Part shown: in pieces, positions 38,901-47,485 of the stretch
Layout: each line of letters starts with the position of its first letter
Position numbering within the stretch: the first letter of the stretch is position 1
Source: Alphaproteobacteria bacterium
Lineage (GTDB): Bacteria; Pseudomonadota; Alphaproteobacteria; Caedimonadales; UBA9215
Reading direction: 5' to 3'
Length of the DNA stretch: 64,000 bases
Assembly: GCA_009993885.1 (NCBI GenBank)
Contig: JAACSN010000002.1
Coordinates: 69,979 to 133,978, forward strand
Notes under the pieces: generated by a model
The model's database searches: none
What the model saw: only the letters and a program-made list of their open reading frames with translations
Told to the model about the DNA's origin: nothing
Program-made: the position numbers and the translations under genes

Positions 38901-38990
38901 TTGGTAGTGTGTTGCCACCTTTTTGTCGGGGATATATTCGGCAACAACCGTGCTATTCGGATTTTCGGCAATGGTGTTATAGGTGCACAT
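35907..38990 (-). CDS. hsdR: Type I restriction enzyme R subunit (helicase/endonuclease)
   Basis: 1027 aa, with SF2 helicase motifs (HTTGSGKT, DECHRSQ, TGTPIF), an N-terminal nuclease region, and an ATG overlapping the hsdS stop. Confidence 0.95.
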   Translation of the reverse strand: MCTYNTIAENPNSTVVAEYIPDKKVATHYQSENELELEFIRLLEINGYEYLNITKNDDLLKNLRARLSKLNDIEFSENEWQQILSNYLANKNEGLEEKTAKVQEDYIFNLKRDDGSTKNVRILDKDNIHNNSVQVINQYEAVGARETRYDVTVLVNGLPMVHVELKKRGVAIREAFNQINRYKRDSFWADSGLFDYVQLFVISNGTHTKYYSNTTHNAHLKEQKGRKSGKKTGNSFEFTCWWTDARNKRISDLVDFGKTFFSKHSLLSILTKYCVFTSDKLLLVMRPYQIAATERIMNRIAMSTNHKQLGTIDAGGYIWHTTGSGKTLTSFKAAQLATRLDGIDKVLFVVDRKDLDYQTMKEYDKFQKGSANSNISTAVLTKQLANPNAKIIITTIQKLANFISAHKGHSVFDGHIVLIFDECHRSQFGEMHRAITKAFKKYHIFGFTGTPIFTANSPSGGNPHLKTTEQAFGKKLHSYTIVDAINDGNVLPFRVEYTNTLKMKEGVKDKKVQAIDMEAAANSPKRISQVTNYILEHFEQKTKRNVGSYSFSKLSNIAEVVSSEDKSSTEKIKEIRNQVRLKGFNSIFAVSSIEVAKKYYTEFKSRDSGLKIATIFSFGANEEDDEDGILPDEDFDTGNLDQSSRDFLDMAIGDYNKHFGTSYNTGADKFENYYKDLSQRMKNREIDLLIVVNMFLTGFDATTLNTLWVDKSLRHHGLLQAFSRTNRILNSVKTFGNIICFRDLEQATNDALSIFGNKEAGGVVLLKSFDEYYNGWEKDGKPQKGYVDLITELQDFFPLPVFIEGEQAEKDFIKLWGAILRLRNILTSFDEFSGNEILSERDFQDYQSAYLDLYDKHRRYNESNKENINDDIEFEIELVKQVTVNIDYILQLVAQYHKSRMDDQDIMTTIGRAMDSSLELRSKKELIERFINTLNVHSDVDNDWHSFTDKNRAEELDKIIKEENLKPEKTKKFIANAFRDGELKPTGTGFASILPPVSMFDKDNMRSKKKMIVLEKLKLFFEKYRGV

Positions 38991-40150
38991 TATGCAGCCT
39001 CCTTAAAGGTGAGGAGTTTATTGCGGTAATATTCATATTGCTGACGACGGGCCGTGATTTCCGCAGGCAATCCGTTGGAAATATCGTTCACCAACGCGTC
39101 AAATTTATCGAGAATTTCAACAATACGTTCTTGCTCTTCAAGGGGTGGGATAGAGACTATTGGCGCTTGTAAAATATGGTATGACACAAATGGCTGAGAG
39201 CCACTGTTTGCCTTCGATCTAAAATCCTGTAGTAGCAAGAGATAGTAGCCATATTGTGATATTACTTCTTCAGATTTCATCCTACAGATTACCCCATTAT
39301 ATGTTACAAAATGTTTTCCCTTGCCCCAATTGACAATGCCAGCGTATGCACCAATGTGACCAATCACAGGTGAATTTTCACTGTTGTATTCATTATGGCT
39401 ACCGACAATTCCATTGCTGCCATAGACAGAATATTCCCCTCCAATTTTAGGAATAGTATTCCCTGTTCCATATTGAAAATCATATATATCTCCTAGAGGA
39501 ATTTTTTTAACACCTTCCCCATCAAACCTCAGTAATTCATCTCGATAGTGGGTGTATTGTTGTTGACGCGCCTCCAGCTCTGCCTCCAGCTCTGCCTCCA
39601 GCTCTGCCTCCAGCATGGTAAACTTATCAAGAATGTCAATAATCTCTTGCTGTACCGGCAGAGGTGGAACGGGAAACTTAAAGCGCTTGAAACCTACCAT
39701 ATTAACAGAGGAAAAACTTGACTTTTCTGTATTTGCAAGGCACCAATTATCAAGTACAAAGCAGTAATAGTAGACAAAGCGCATATCCAGTTTCGTAGAA
39801 AACTCCGGTTTCAGAGAAAGAGATGTAAACCTTTGATTTGATAAGTGCGGCACTGTGATTAGGGCGTGTTCGCCTATGGTTGCAGAAGTTGCGATAATAA
39901 TTGAATTGGCTGGGAACAGTCGGCCACCTTTCACAGCCTCTTTTGTAATTTGTTGTAATGATTCGCTTAAAATTGTTCCGTTCTTGCGAATGTCATCCAT
40001 TCGAAACCAAGGCACAGTTCCATCTATCCAAAAAATTTTATTTGATTTGGAAGGCGTATATCCGTTTTTTGTCTCAAAAATCTCTTGAAGCCCTTTATAC
40101 ACCACTCCATCAGGACAGTGCTTATTGATCAACTCATCAATTCTGCTCAT
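38990..40150 (-). CDS. hsdS: Type I R-M specificity subunit HsdS
   Basis: Two target-recognition domains are separated by a central conserved helix (QQEIIDILDKF...RQQQYTHYRDELL), with a matching distal helix (EEQERIVEILDKF...RRQQYEYYRNKLL). Confidence 0.9.
   Translation of the reverse strand: MSRIDELINKHCPDGVVYKGLQEIFETKNGYTPSKSNKIFWIDGTVPWFRMDDIRKNGTILSESLQQITKEAVKGGRLFPANSIIIATSATIGEHALITVPHLSNQRFTSLSLKPEFSTKLDMRFVYYYCFVLDNWCLANTEKSSFSSVNMVGFKRFKFPVPPLPVQQEIIDILDKFTMLEAELEAELEAELEARQQQYTHYRDELLRFDGEGVKKIPLGDIYDFQYGTGNTIPKIGGEYSVYGSNGIVGSHNEYNSENSPVIGHIGAYAGIVNWGKGKHFVTYNGVICRMKSEEVISQYGYYLLLLQDFRSKANSGSQPFVSYHILQAPIVSIPPLEEQERIVEILDKFDALVNDISNGLPAEITARRQQYEYYRNKLLTFKEAA
39571..39614. repeat. 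12-bp tandem repeat (about 3.7 copies) inside the hsdS central conserved region
   Basis: CCTCCAGCTCTG occurs three times, followed by a partial copy. On the coding strand this encodes LEAELEAELEAELEA. Confidence 0.9.
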
Positions 40151-41718
40151 TAAGCTTTTCCTTCCAGATCCGCCACGATGGCGTCAATCCGGGTGCGGAG
40201 CTCATTTTGACGACTGACGATCCCTTCAAGGCGTGTATTAAGTTCTGTAATATCGATGATTTCGCGGTCGTCTTTGGGGGCAACATAGGTGCCGACACTG
40301 ATATTATAATCCTTTTCCTCAATCTCTTTATGCGCCACAAGGCGGGAGAAGTGTTCATGGGTTTCTCGGCCGGTGTAACACGCTAAAATTTTCTTTATAT
40401 GGTCATCATTCAGCTTGTTTTTCGCCGAGCCGCGCGCAAATTCTTTGGTGGCATCGATGAAAAGAACCTTACTGTCGGACTTGTTCTTTTTCATTACCAA
40501 AATACAGGTGGCAATGGGTGTTCCGAAGAACAAATCCGCCGGTAATTGGATCACCGCATCAATATAGTTGTTATCAACCAGGTATTTTCTAATTTTCTGT
40601 TCCGCTCCGCCACGATACATCGCGCCGGGGAAGGAAACAATGGCCGCCGTTCCGTTTGTGGCCAGCCATGAAAGAGCATGCATCACAAACGCTAAATCCG
40701 CCCTTGATTTTGGAGCAAGAACACCTGCGGGCGTAAAACGATCGTCATTAATAAGAAGCGGATTCGCATCCCCATCCCATTTGATAGAATACGGCGGATT
40801 AGAGACGATGGCCTCAAAAGGTTCGTCGTCCATATGGTGCGGGTCAGTTAGAGTGTCACCATGGGCAATATCAAATTGCTCATAATTAATATCATGCAAA
40901 AACATATTGATACGGCAAAGGTTGTAGGTCGTGATATTAATTTCCTGACCAAAAAAACCATTACGAATATTTTCTTTTCCTAACACCTTTGCAAATTTCA
41001 ACAGAAGCGAACCCGAACCGCAGGCAGGGTCATAGACTTTATTTACTTCTTTTTTGCCGGCAATAGTAATACGTGCCAACAGTTCGGAAACCTCTTGAGG
41101 GGTGAAAAACTCGCCTCCGGATTTACCGGCATTGGCGGCATACATGGTCATCAAATATTCATAGGCATCCCCAAAAATGTCGATGGAATTGCCATTATAA
41201 TTTCCAATAGGGAGGTCGCCTATAGCTTTTAAGAGCTTAACTAATTTTTCATTACGCCTTACAACCGTTGCACCAAGCTTATTGCTGTTGACATCCAGAT
41301 CATCGAATAAGCCTTTCATATCGCTTTCGCTGTCTGTTCCTTGGGCGGATGCCTCGATGTTCTTGAAAGTAGTTTCAAGGGTTTCATTTAGATTGGCATC
41401 GTTGGCGGCTCGCTTGCAGACATTTTCAAACAGCTCACTCGGATGAATGAAAAAACCTTTTTCTTCGAGAATAGGCTCACGTGCGCGTTCTGCTTTGCTG
41501 TCACTCAAGGCAGCATAGTTAAAATTGTGCTCGCCGGCTTCTTTTTCCTTTTTATTAATGTAGGAACTTAGATTTTCCGAGATGAACCGATAAAAAAGAA
41601 TTCCGAGAACATATTGTTTAAAATCCCAACCGTCAACGCTACCGCGCAGATCGTTCGCAATGCGCCATATTGTGGAATGTAGTGCCGAACGCTCTTGTTC
41701 TTTCCTGTTATCAACCAT
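40150..41718 (-). CDS. hsdM: Type I R-M N6-adenine DNA methyltransferase subunit
   Basis: Has the HsdM N-terminal domain, the SAM motif DPACGSGS and the catalytic NPPY (VSNPPYSIKW). It overlaps hsdS by 1 nt. Confidence 0.95.
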   Translation of the reverse strand: MVDNRKEQERSALHSTIWRIANDLRGSVDGWDFKQYVLGILFYRFISENLSSYINKKEKEAGEHNFNYAALSDSKAERAREPILEEKGFFIHPSELFENVCKRAANDANLNETLETTFKNIEASAQGTDSESDMKGLFDDLDVNSNKLGATVVRRNEKLVKLLKAIGDLPIGNYNGNSIDIFGDAYEYLMTMYAANAGKSGGEFFTPQEVSELLARITIAGKKEVNKVYDPACGSGSLLLKFAKVLGKENIRNGFFGQEINITTYNLCRINMFLHDINYEQFDIAHGDTLTDPHHMDDEPFEAIVSNPPYSIKWDGDANPLLINDDRFTPAGVLAPKSRADLAFVMHALSWLATNGTAAIVSFPGAMYRGGAEQKIRKYLVDNNYIDAVIQLPADLFFGTPIATCILVMKKNKSDSKVLFIDATKEFARGSAKNKLNDDHIKKILACYTGRETHEHFSRLVAHKEIEEKDYNISVGTYVAPKDDREIIDITELNTRLEGIVSRQNELRTRIDAIVADLEGKA

Positions 41719-41904
41719 TACCTGCTCTCTCTTTTAGACTGCTCATTAATCCGTTTATCAATTTCGCTTTTACGGAATCTCCAAGATCCCCCCACTTTAA
41801 AACCCCGTAACTTACCTTCAGACACAAAGCGATAAGCTGTCTTTTCGGCTATTTTAAGGTAGGGCCGATAGCTCTTTGACGATTAAAATTTCATCGTCAG
41901 TCAT
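41718..41904 (-). pseudogene. Frameshifted excisionase/MerR-type HTH DNA-binding gene coupled to hsdM
   Basis: The ATG at 41904 gives MTDDEILIVKELSALP and then a stop. The next frame continues YLKIAEKTAYRFVSEGKLRGFKVGGSWRFRKSEIDKRINEQSKRESR, and its TAA overlaps the hsdM ATG (TAATG). Confidence 0.55.
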
Positions 41905-42109
41905 GTTAATTAGTCCCTAGATTAGGAATTATAATTGAAAGTACTAGAAAATTGAGTAAGCTTCAAGTAGCGGGGTATCACAGAACAACAGGCCGACTAC
42001 TACAAAGAAACGCTTAGAGCATGAAGCTGCCTACCTCCGGCATCAAAAAGATAGGGCTCCGGATCGGCATTAACCTTCAAAAAAGGGTTTAACGTTAATA
42101 TAAGCATGG

Positions 42110-42961
42110 GTGCGGTTAATGGGCGAGGTAGCGATTAATACAATAAATAATATTCTCATAAACAATGAGCTTCTCTTTAGATTTGGCTCCTTTATGTTTA
42201 TTCTTTTACTTATGCTGGGATTAGAGCGCCTTATTCCCTGTCGCCCCAATACGGCTAAAAAGACAACACGATGGATTGCCAATCTGGGCATGGCCGCCCT
42301 AAGCATCTTGATCATTCGCCTGTTATCCGTTCTAACTTTGCTCCTTATGCCCGTTGCTTTTGCGCTTTTCCTCCAAGATCACCGACAAGGGCTTTTTTAT
42401 TGGCTTGACCTCGGCCCTCTTGCGGCTTTCTTTCTAACACTCCTAAGCTTAGATCTTGTCATCTACGGGCAGCACGTGGCTTTTCACCGAGTGCCTCTTT
42501 TATGGCGCGTGCATCGTGTGCATCACACAGACGTGAATTTAGATGCCACCGGCGGGGTGCGCTTTCACCCTCTGGAAATATTGATCTCTCTTCTCTTAAA
42601 GCTTCTAGCCATCGGCCTTTTGGGTGCTTCTGCAAGCGGAGTCATTGCCTTCGAGATTATCTTAAACGGAACAGCCCTTTTTAATCATAGCAATATTAAG
42701 CTTCCAAAAGGCCTTGATCAATTTTTACGTTTCATTATTGTAACCCCGGATATGCACAGAGTGCACCACTCGGTCTTTCCGGCGGAAACAAATAGCAATT
42801 TCGGATTTAATCTTCCGTGGTGGGATCGGCTGTTTCAAACCTATAAAGCACAACCCCTAAAAGGACACCTCAACATGGACATCGGCTTAACGGACTTTCC
42901 GGTTGAAAAGAAGCTCACCTTGCCGAAGCTTCTTATCTTACCCTTCAAGAAAAGACCTTAG
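42110..42961 (+). CDS. Fatty acid hydroxylase / sterol desaturase superfamily membrane protein
   Basis: Has histidine boxes (HVAFHR, HRVHHTD, HRVHHS) and multiple TM helices. The true start may be an internal Met. Confidence 0.8.
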   Translation: MRLMGEVAINTINNILINNELLFRFGSFMFILLLMLGLERLIPCRPNTAKKTTRWIANLGMAALSILIIRLLSVLTLLLMPVAFALFLQDHRQGLFYWLDLGPLAAFFLTLLSLDLVIYGQHVAFHRVPLLWRVHRVHHTDVNLDATGGVRFHPLEILISLLLKLLAIGLLGASASGVIAFEIILNGTALFNHSNIKLPKGLDQFLRFIIVTPDMHRVHHSVFPAETNSNFGFNLPWWDRLFQTYKAQPLKGHLNMDIGLTDFPVEKKLTLPKLLILPFKKRP

Positions 42962-43732
42962 CAGCCTTTCTACTTCATCAAACTGTGCCTCTACCCCCCA
43001 AGGCGTATTAATGAAATAAAGCCCCGTACCAAAAAGACCCGATACCTCCTTTGGACGGGCATAGCGAAAAACACGATGATCACACTTTGGAAACGAAATG
43101 TCATCAAGAGCTCGGATCATCGCCTTATAATATCCCGCTTCCAGCATAGGGTACCAAAGCGCTATAACCGCTTGAGGCCACTTTTGATGAAGTTTTTTAA
43201 TAAAAGAAACGCAGTCTTGATATTCGGTTTTAATTTCATAGCTCGGATCAATAAGAACCAACCCTCGGCGCGCCTTCGGAGGCGCAATGGCGAGCACTCC
43301 CTCATATCCGTCACGAAAATGAATATGCACATTTTCATCCCTAAAATTACGATGAAGGTATTTAATTTCTTGGGGGTGCAATTCCATAAGATATAAGTCG
43401 TCTTGAGGGCGTAAGATTTCTTTTGCAAAAGCCGGCGACCCCAAATAAATATTTGAGCCTCGACACCTTTGAGCGGCCAGAAGCGTACGCATATAAGGAT
43501 GGTCTTTTGGAAAGATATTCGCTTTTTGCAGAGCTTTAATACCTTTCTCCGCTTCCCCCGTTTTTTGAGAATCTTCCGAGTCTAAATCATAAACTCCTCG
43601 CCCCGAATGTGTCTCGACGTAACTCAAAGGCCGCTCTTTTCGGACTAAGTGCGTCAGCAGCACGCTCAACAAAGCATGTTTATGAACATCGGCCAAACAC
43701 CCTGCATGGTAACTGTGTTGATAGGATAGCAT
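42938..43732 (-). CDS. rlmJ: 23S rRNA (adenine2030-N6)-methyltransferase RlmJ
   Basis: The N-terminus MLSYQHSYHAGCLADVHKHALL matches the RlmJ signature, and a DPSYE motif is present. Confidence 0.85.
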   Translation of the reverse strand: MLSYQHSYHAGCLADVHKHALLSVLLTHLVRKERPLSYVETHSGRGVYDLDSEDSQKTGEAEKGIKALQKANIFPKDHPYMRTLLAAQRCRGSNIYLGSPAFAKEILRPQDDLYLMELHPQEIKYLHRNFRDENVHIHFRDGYEGVLAIAPPKARRGLVLIDPSYEIKTEYQDCVSFIKKLHQKWPQAVIALWYPMLEAGYYKAMIRALDDISFPKCDHRVFRYARPKEVSGLFGTGLYFINTPWGVEAQFDEVERLLRSFLEG

Positions 43733-43826
43733 TCAAAAAATTCCCTAAAAATTGATGCCGATTTATACCATGAATTCTTAAAAAAAGATGTTACAATTTT
43801 AAAAGATCATTACACGGGAGAATAAA

Positions 43827-44147
43827 ATGAAAAACCTTTACAAAGCAATCGCAGTGACACTTATCGCCTTTCCCCCCTTAAGCGCCAACGGAGCAGAGTC
43901 TAAAAATCAATTAACCTGTGAAAAGCTCAACAGCCCCCTTATTCATAACGCTTCCGGAATTGTAACACCCTATTGCAATCCTGCAGAAATTGCTTGCCGC
44001 GCCCTTGATTTCCTCGAAGAGCGTCCCAAAAATGATAAATTAAGACTGGATGTAGAAGATAATCTTAGAAAAGAAGTGCGCCACAAATTAGATTTATGCG
44101 AGATCGCCCTACGTAAAACAAAGCCCAAAGCTCTACCGGAGCGTTAA
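43827..44147 (+). CDS. Small secreted Cys-containing hypothetical protein (106 aa)
   Basis: Has a GGGAGA RBS, the signal peptide AVTLIAFPPLSANGA, four Cys residues, and a strong terminator downstream. Confidence 0.45.
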   Translation: MKNLYKAIAVTLIAFPPLSANGAESKNQLTCEKLNSPLIHNASGIVTPYCNPAEIACRALDFLEERPKNDKLRLDVEDNLRKEVRHKLDLCEIALRKTKPKALPER

Positions 44148-44185
44148 TTCGACAAAAGGCAGCAAAGGAAGACATTCTGATAAGC

Positions 44186-44219
44186 AAAAAAAAGCCTCTG
44201 ATTTCTCAGAGGCTTTTTT
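44186..44219. terminator. Bidirectional rho-independent terminator
   Basis: The sequence is AAAAAAAA GCCTCTGA TTTC TCAGAGGC TTTTTT. It lies between the convergent small ORF and rpsD. Confidence 0.8.
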
Positions 44220-44236
44220 AATAAAATTAACTTAAC

Positions 44237-44851
44237 CTAGCGAGAGTAAAACTCGATCACAAGGCTTGGTTCCATTTGAACAGGGTAAGGCACATCGGAA
44301 AGCTTTGGCCCGCGAACATAAGTTGCTTTATGACCTTTGTCTTCGGATGTAATGTACTCGGGGATCTCACGCTCGGAAGACTTTAAAGCCTCCATGACAA
44401 GAGCCATTTCACGTGATTGTTCACGAAGTTCAATCACATCACCGTCTTGCACACGATATGAGGGAATATTAACGCGCTTGCCGTTTATTTTTATGTGACC
44501 GTGGTTCACAAGTTGGCGTGCTGCAAAAATTGTCGGAACCAATTTCATACGGTATACAACGGCATCAAGACGACGTTCGAGAAGTTGCACAAGGTTTTCA
44601 CCCGTATCACCCTTACGACGAACAGCCTCTTTATAAATACGACGAAATTGTTTTTCCGTAATTTCACCGTAATAGCCTTTAAGCTTTTGTTTTGCACGCA
44701 ATTGAATACCGTAATCGGAAATCTTTTTACGCTTTTGTCCATGGGGACCGGGCGCATAGCTACGTGTGTTTACGGGACTTTTTGCACGACCCCAAAGGTT
44801 CACACCAAGGCGGCGGTCAATTTTGTGCTTTGATTGAATACGTTTTGTCAT
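44237..44851 (-). CDS. rpsD: 30S ribosomal protein S4
   Basis: [22 protein letters not shown] is a typical S4 N-terminus. I chose the internal Met; the track ORF adds 17 unsupported codons. Confidence 0.95.
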   Translation of the reverse strand: MTKRIQSKHKIDRRLGVNLWGRAKSPVNTRSYAPGPHGQKRKKISDYGIQLRAKQKLKGYYGEITEKQFRRIYKEAVRRKGDTGENLVQLLERRLDAVVYRMKLVPTIFAARQLVNHGHIKINGKRVNIPSYRVQDGDVIELREQSREMALVMEALKSSEREIPEYITSEDKGHKATYVRGPKLSDVPYPVQMEPSLVIEFYSR

Positions 44852-44921
44852 TTCTTTCCACTTCAAAATTATAGAATGATCAGTGAGGGCAATATACCGC
44901 ACTACCCTATTTTGTCAATGC

Positions 44922-45665
44922 TTATTTTCCAGAACTCTGTGCAGAGCGCGTTAAAGCCGCAATAACGCCGCGCAAGCTCCGCACTTCTTGGGAGGTTAAA
45001 GAAGCTCGTGCAAACATATTGCGCAAATTCCGTTGCATAAGGTCACGCTTATGATCTACTTGAAAATATCCTCCGATTTCCAAAGCTCCCTCAAGGTGTT
45101 CATAAAAGGCAAACAGCTCTTCCCGAGGTGCTTCTTGGTCATCACGCTCCCACAAAACATCTCGAGCCGGCGCATCGCGACGACCTTGATACATTTCATA
45201 GGAAATTAAAATAACCGCTTGCGCGAGATTAATAGAGCTAAAATCAGGATTCAACGGAACGGTTATAATCTTATCACAAAGAGCAATCTCATCATTATCC
45301 AACCCGCATTTTTCAGAACCGAATAAAAGCCCTACCTTCTTACCGGAATTAACGAAAGCATTAACCTCAACGGCCGCCTCCCGAGGAGAAATAGCTTCCT
45401 TAATCATATCCCGAGGACGAGCCGTTGTAGCATAAACGCCCTGCAAGTCCGCAAAGGCCTCTTGAGCCGTTTTAAAAACAACGGCTTTTTCAAGTACCCT
45501 GTCCGCCGATGCACTTAAAGCACGCGCGTCACTATCTAACCAGTTAGCCTGCGGATCGATCAAACGCATTTCTGTGAGGCCGAAATTCAGCATCGCCCGT
45601 GCACAAGCCCCTATATTTTGACTTAAAGTCGGTCGCGAGAGAATAACAACGGGTTTATAATTCAT
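44922..45665 (-). CDS. SpoU/TrmH-family RNA 2'-O-methyltransferase (TrmJ-like)
   Basis: Has SPOUT motifs (NIGACARAM, LLFGSEKCGL, ITVPLNP...SINLAQAV). Confidence 0.8.
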   Translation of the reverse strand: MNYKPVVILSRPTLSQNIGACARAMLNFGLTEMRLIDPQANWLDSDARALSASADRVLEKAVVFKTAQEAFADLQGVYATTARPRDMIKEAISPREAAVEVNAFVNSGKKVGLLFGSEKCGLDNDEIALCDKIITVPLNPDFSSINLAQAVILISYEMYQGRRDAPARDVLWERDDQEAPREELFAFYEHLEGALEIGGYFQVDHKRDLMQRNLRNMFARASLTSQEVRSLRGVIAALTRSAQSSGK

Positions 45666-45795
45666 ATCTTAATTTCCTGGAAAAATTATGAGTCCCATCC
45701 TATGGAAAAATTCGGTTAAAAGCAACAAAGCTTTAAAAAGGGATAAAACTCATGTACCATAATGGAAGAAATATTTTATATAAACTAGGCCGGCG

Positions 45796-46341
45796 ATGCA
45801 AAACTCTCTCTTTTCAACCCCTCGCTTTTTCCTCTTTTTAATTGCATTCGTCACCACAAGTGCCCTTGGAGCTGCCTATATAGGAGAATATTTCTTTGAA
45901 CTCAAGCCGTGTGTCTTGTGTCTCTATCAACGATATATTTTTATGGTTACGTTAGCGACCGCCCTTTTAGGTACGTGCCTTTCAAACGCTCAAAAACAAA
46001 TTTCTGTGATTTTCATTTCCGCCCTTCTCTTTTTTGCGAATTTTGGCACGGCAACCTATCAAGTCCTTGTGGAGAAGAAAATTTTAACACTGCCCGCCCT
46101 TTGCCGCGGCATTGAAATCAACACACAAACCCAAACCTTTGCTCAATTCCAACAAAACCTTGCCAAAGCAGGCAACCATATCCCCTGCGATCAAATTTCC
46201 TTCGAACTCTTCGGCATTTCCATGGCAGGCTATAATGCGCTTTTCACCCTGTTATCGGCTCTTGCCTGTTTGGTCATCGCCATGATGCTTTATGCGCCCC
46301 TTAGCCAACAAAAAAAGGCCCCTTGCCATGACGCCGAATAG
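45796..46341 (+). CDS. DsbB-family disulfide bond formation protein
   Basis: Has four TM helices, CxxC in PCVLCLYQRY, and a second Cys pair in the periplasmic loop. Confidence 0.75.
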   Translation: MQNSLFSTPRFFLFLIAFVTTSALGAAYIGEYFFELKPCVLCLYQRYIFMVTLATALLGTCLSNAQKQISVIFISALLFFANFGTATYQVLVEKKILTLPALCRGIEINTQTQTFAQFQQNLAKAGNHIPCDQISFELFGISMAGYNALFTLLSALACLVIAMMLYAPLSQQKKAPCHDAE

Positions 46342-46864
46342 TCCGTCCCAAAATGATAAGGTTCACGCTATGATTCGAGTAGATCATGCAGGGGAGTATG
46401 GAGCCGTGCGCATTTATCAAGGCCAGCTGGACGCCCTCAAAGGCTCTCCTTGCCAAGAAACAATTGCTCATATGCAAGACCAAGAACGTGTGCATCTTGC
46501 AACATTTGACAAATTTATCCAAGATCGTCGCGTGCGCCCGACGGCTCTTTCCCCCTTATGGCATGTTGCCGGTTATGCCATGGGTTACCTCACAGGGCGT
46601 TTGGGCGAAAAGGCCGCCATGGCCTGTACCGTTGCCGTTGAAGAAGCCATCGATGAACATTATGCAGCCCAAGAGGCGACCTTAAAAGAGATGGGCACCG
46701 AGCCCGAGCTTTATAAAACGGTTGTCCGATTTAGGCAAGAAGAACTGGAACACCGTGATATCGGCTTAAATCACGGTGCAGAACAAGCGCCTGCCTATGC
46801 CCTTTTAACCGGAGCTATAAAACGTGCGTCCAAACTCGCCATTTTTCTCTCAAAAAGAATTTAA
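46328..46864 (+). CDS. coq7: Demethoxyubiquinone hydroxylase (COQ7 family di-iron carboxylate)
   Basis: MIRVDHAGEYGAVRIYQGQ, and ExxH motifs (ERVH, ELEH). I chose the start at the internal Met, which overlaps the dsbB-like gene by 14 nt. Confidence 0.85.
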   Translation: MTPNSPSQNDKVHAMIRVDHAGEYGAVRIYQGQLDALKGSPCQETIAHMQDQERVHLATFDKFIQDRRVRPTALSPLWHVAGYAMGYLTGRLGEKAAMACTVAVEEAIDEHYAAQEATLKEMGTEPELYKTVVRFRQEELEHRDIGLNHGAEQAPAYALLTGAIKRASKLAIFLSKRI

Positions 46865-46879
46865 CAAAAAAGTCTGACC

Positions 46880-47485
46880 ATGATTGATGCTTACATTCGC
46901 CCCTTCATAGATCCTCCTCTAACAAGGGTTGGCGTTCTTGTGGCAAAAACTAAAATTTCAGCTAATACGGTAACCTTAATCGGGTTCATATTCGGGCTCA
47001 CGGCCATGCTCTCCATTGCCCTCGGATATCCGGCTCTTGGGGGCTTCTTCTTCATTATCAATAGAATAAGCGACGGTCTTGACGGGGGCGTTGCACGAGC
47101 AACAAAAATGAGTGATTTTGGAGGCTACCTTGATATTATGTCGGATTTTATTATCTACCCCGGTCTTCCTTTGGCTTTTTGTTTTTACGACCCGACCTTT
47201 ATACTTCCGGCGGCTTTCCTTATTTTTGCCATGGCCGGAGCCATGACCTCGTTTTTAGCCTATGCCATTCTTTGTGCAAAAAATAACATTACCGACGATG
47301 CCCGAGGCAAAAAATCATTCTACTACCTTGGCGGTGTTTGCGAAGGCTTTGAGACGTTCCTTTTCCTTGGCCTTATGTGCTTTTTTCCACAGTCTTTTCC
47401 TACGTTAGCGCTAATTTTCGGAGTTCTTTGCCTGTGCACGACCGTCGGGCGTATTCTCCAAACGCAGGCCGCGTTTAAAAACTAA
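46880..47485 (+). CDS. CDP-alcohol phosphatidyltransferase family protein
   Basis: The motif DGLDGGVARATKMSDFGGYLDIMSD matches DGx2ARx8Gx3Dx3D. Confidence 0.8.
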   Translation: MIDAYIRPFIDPPLTRVGVLVAKTKISANTVTLIGFIFGLTAMLSIALGYPALGGFFFIINRISDGLDGGVARATKMSDFGGYLDIMSDFIIYPGLPLAFCFYDPTFILPAAFLIFAMAGAMTSFLAYAILCAKNNITDDARGKKSFYYLGGVCEGFETFLFLGLMCFFPQSFPTLALIFGVLCLCTTVGRILQTQAAFKN

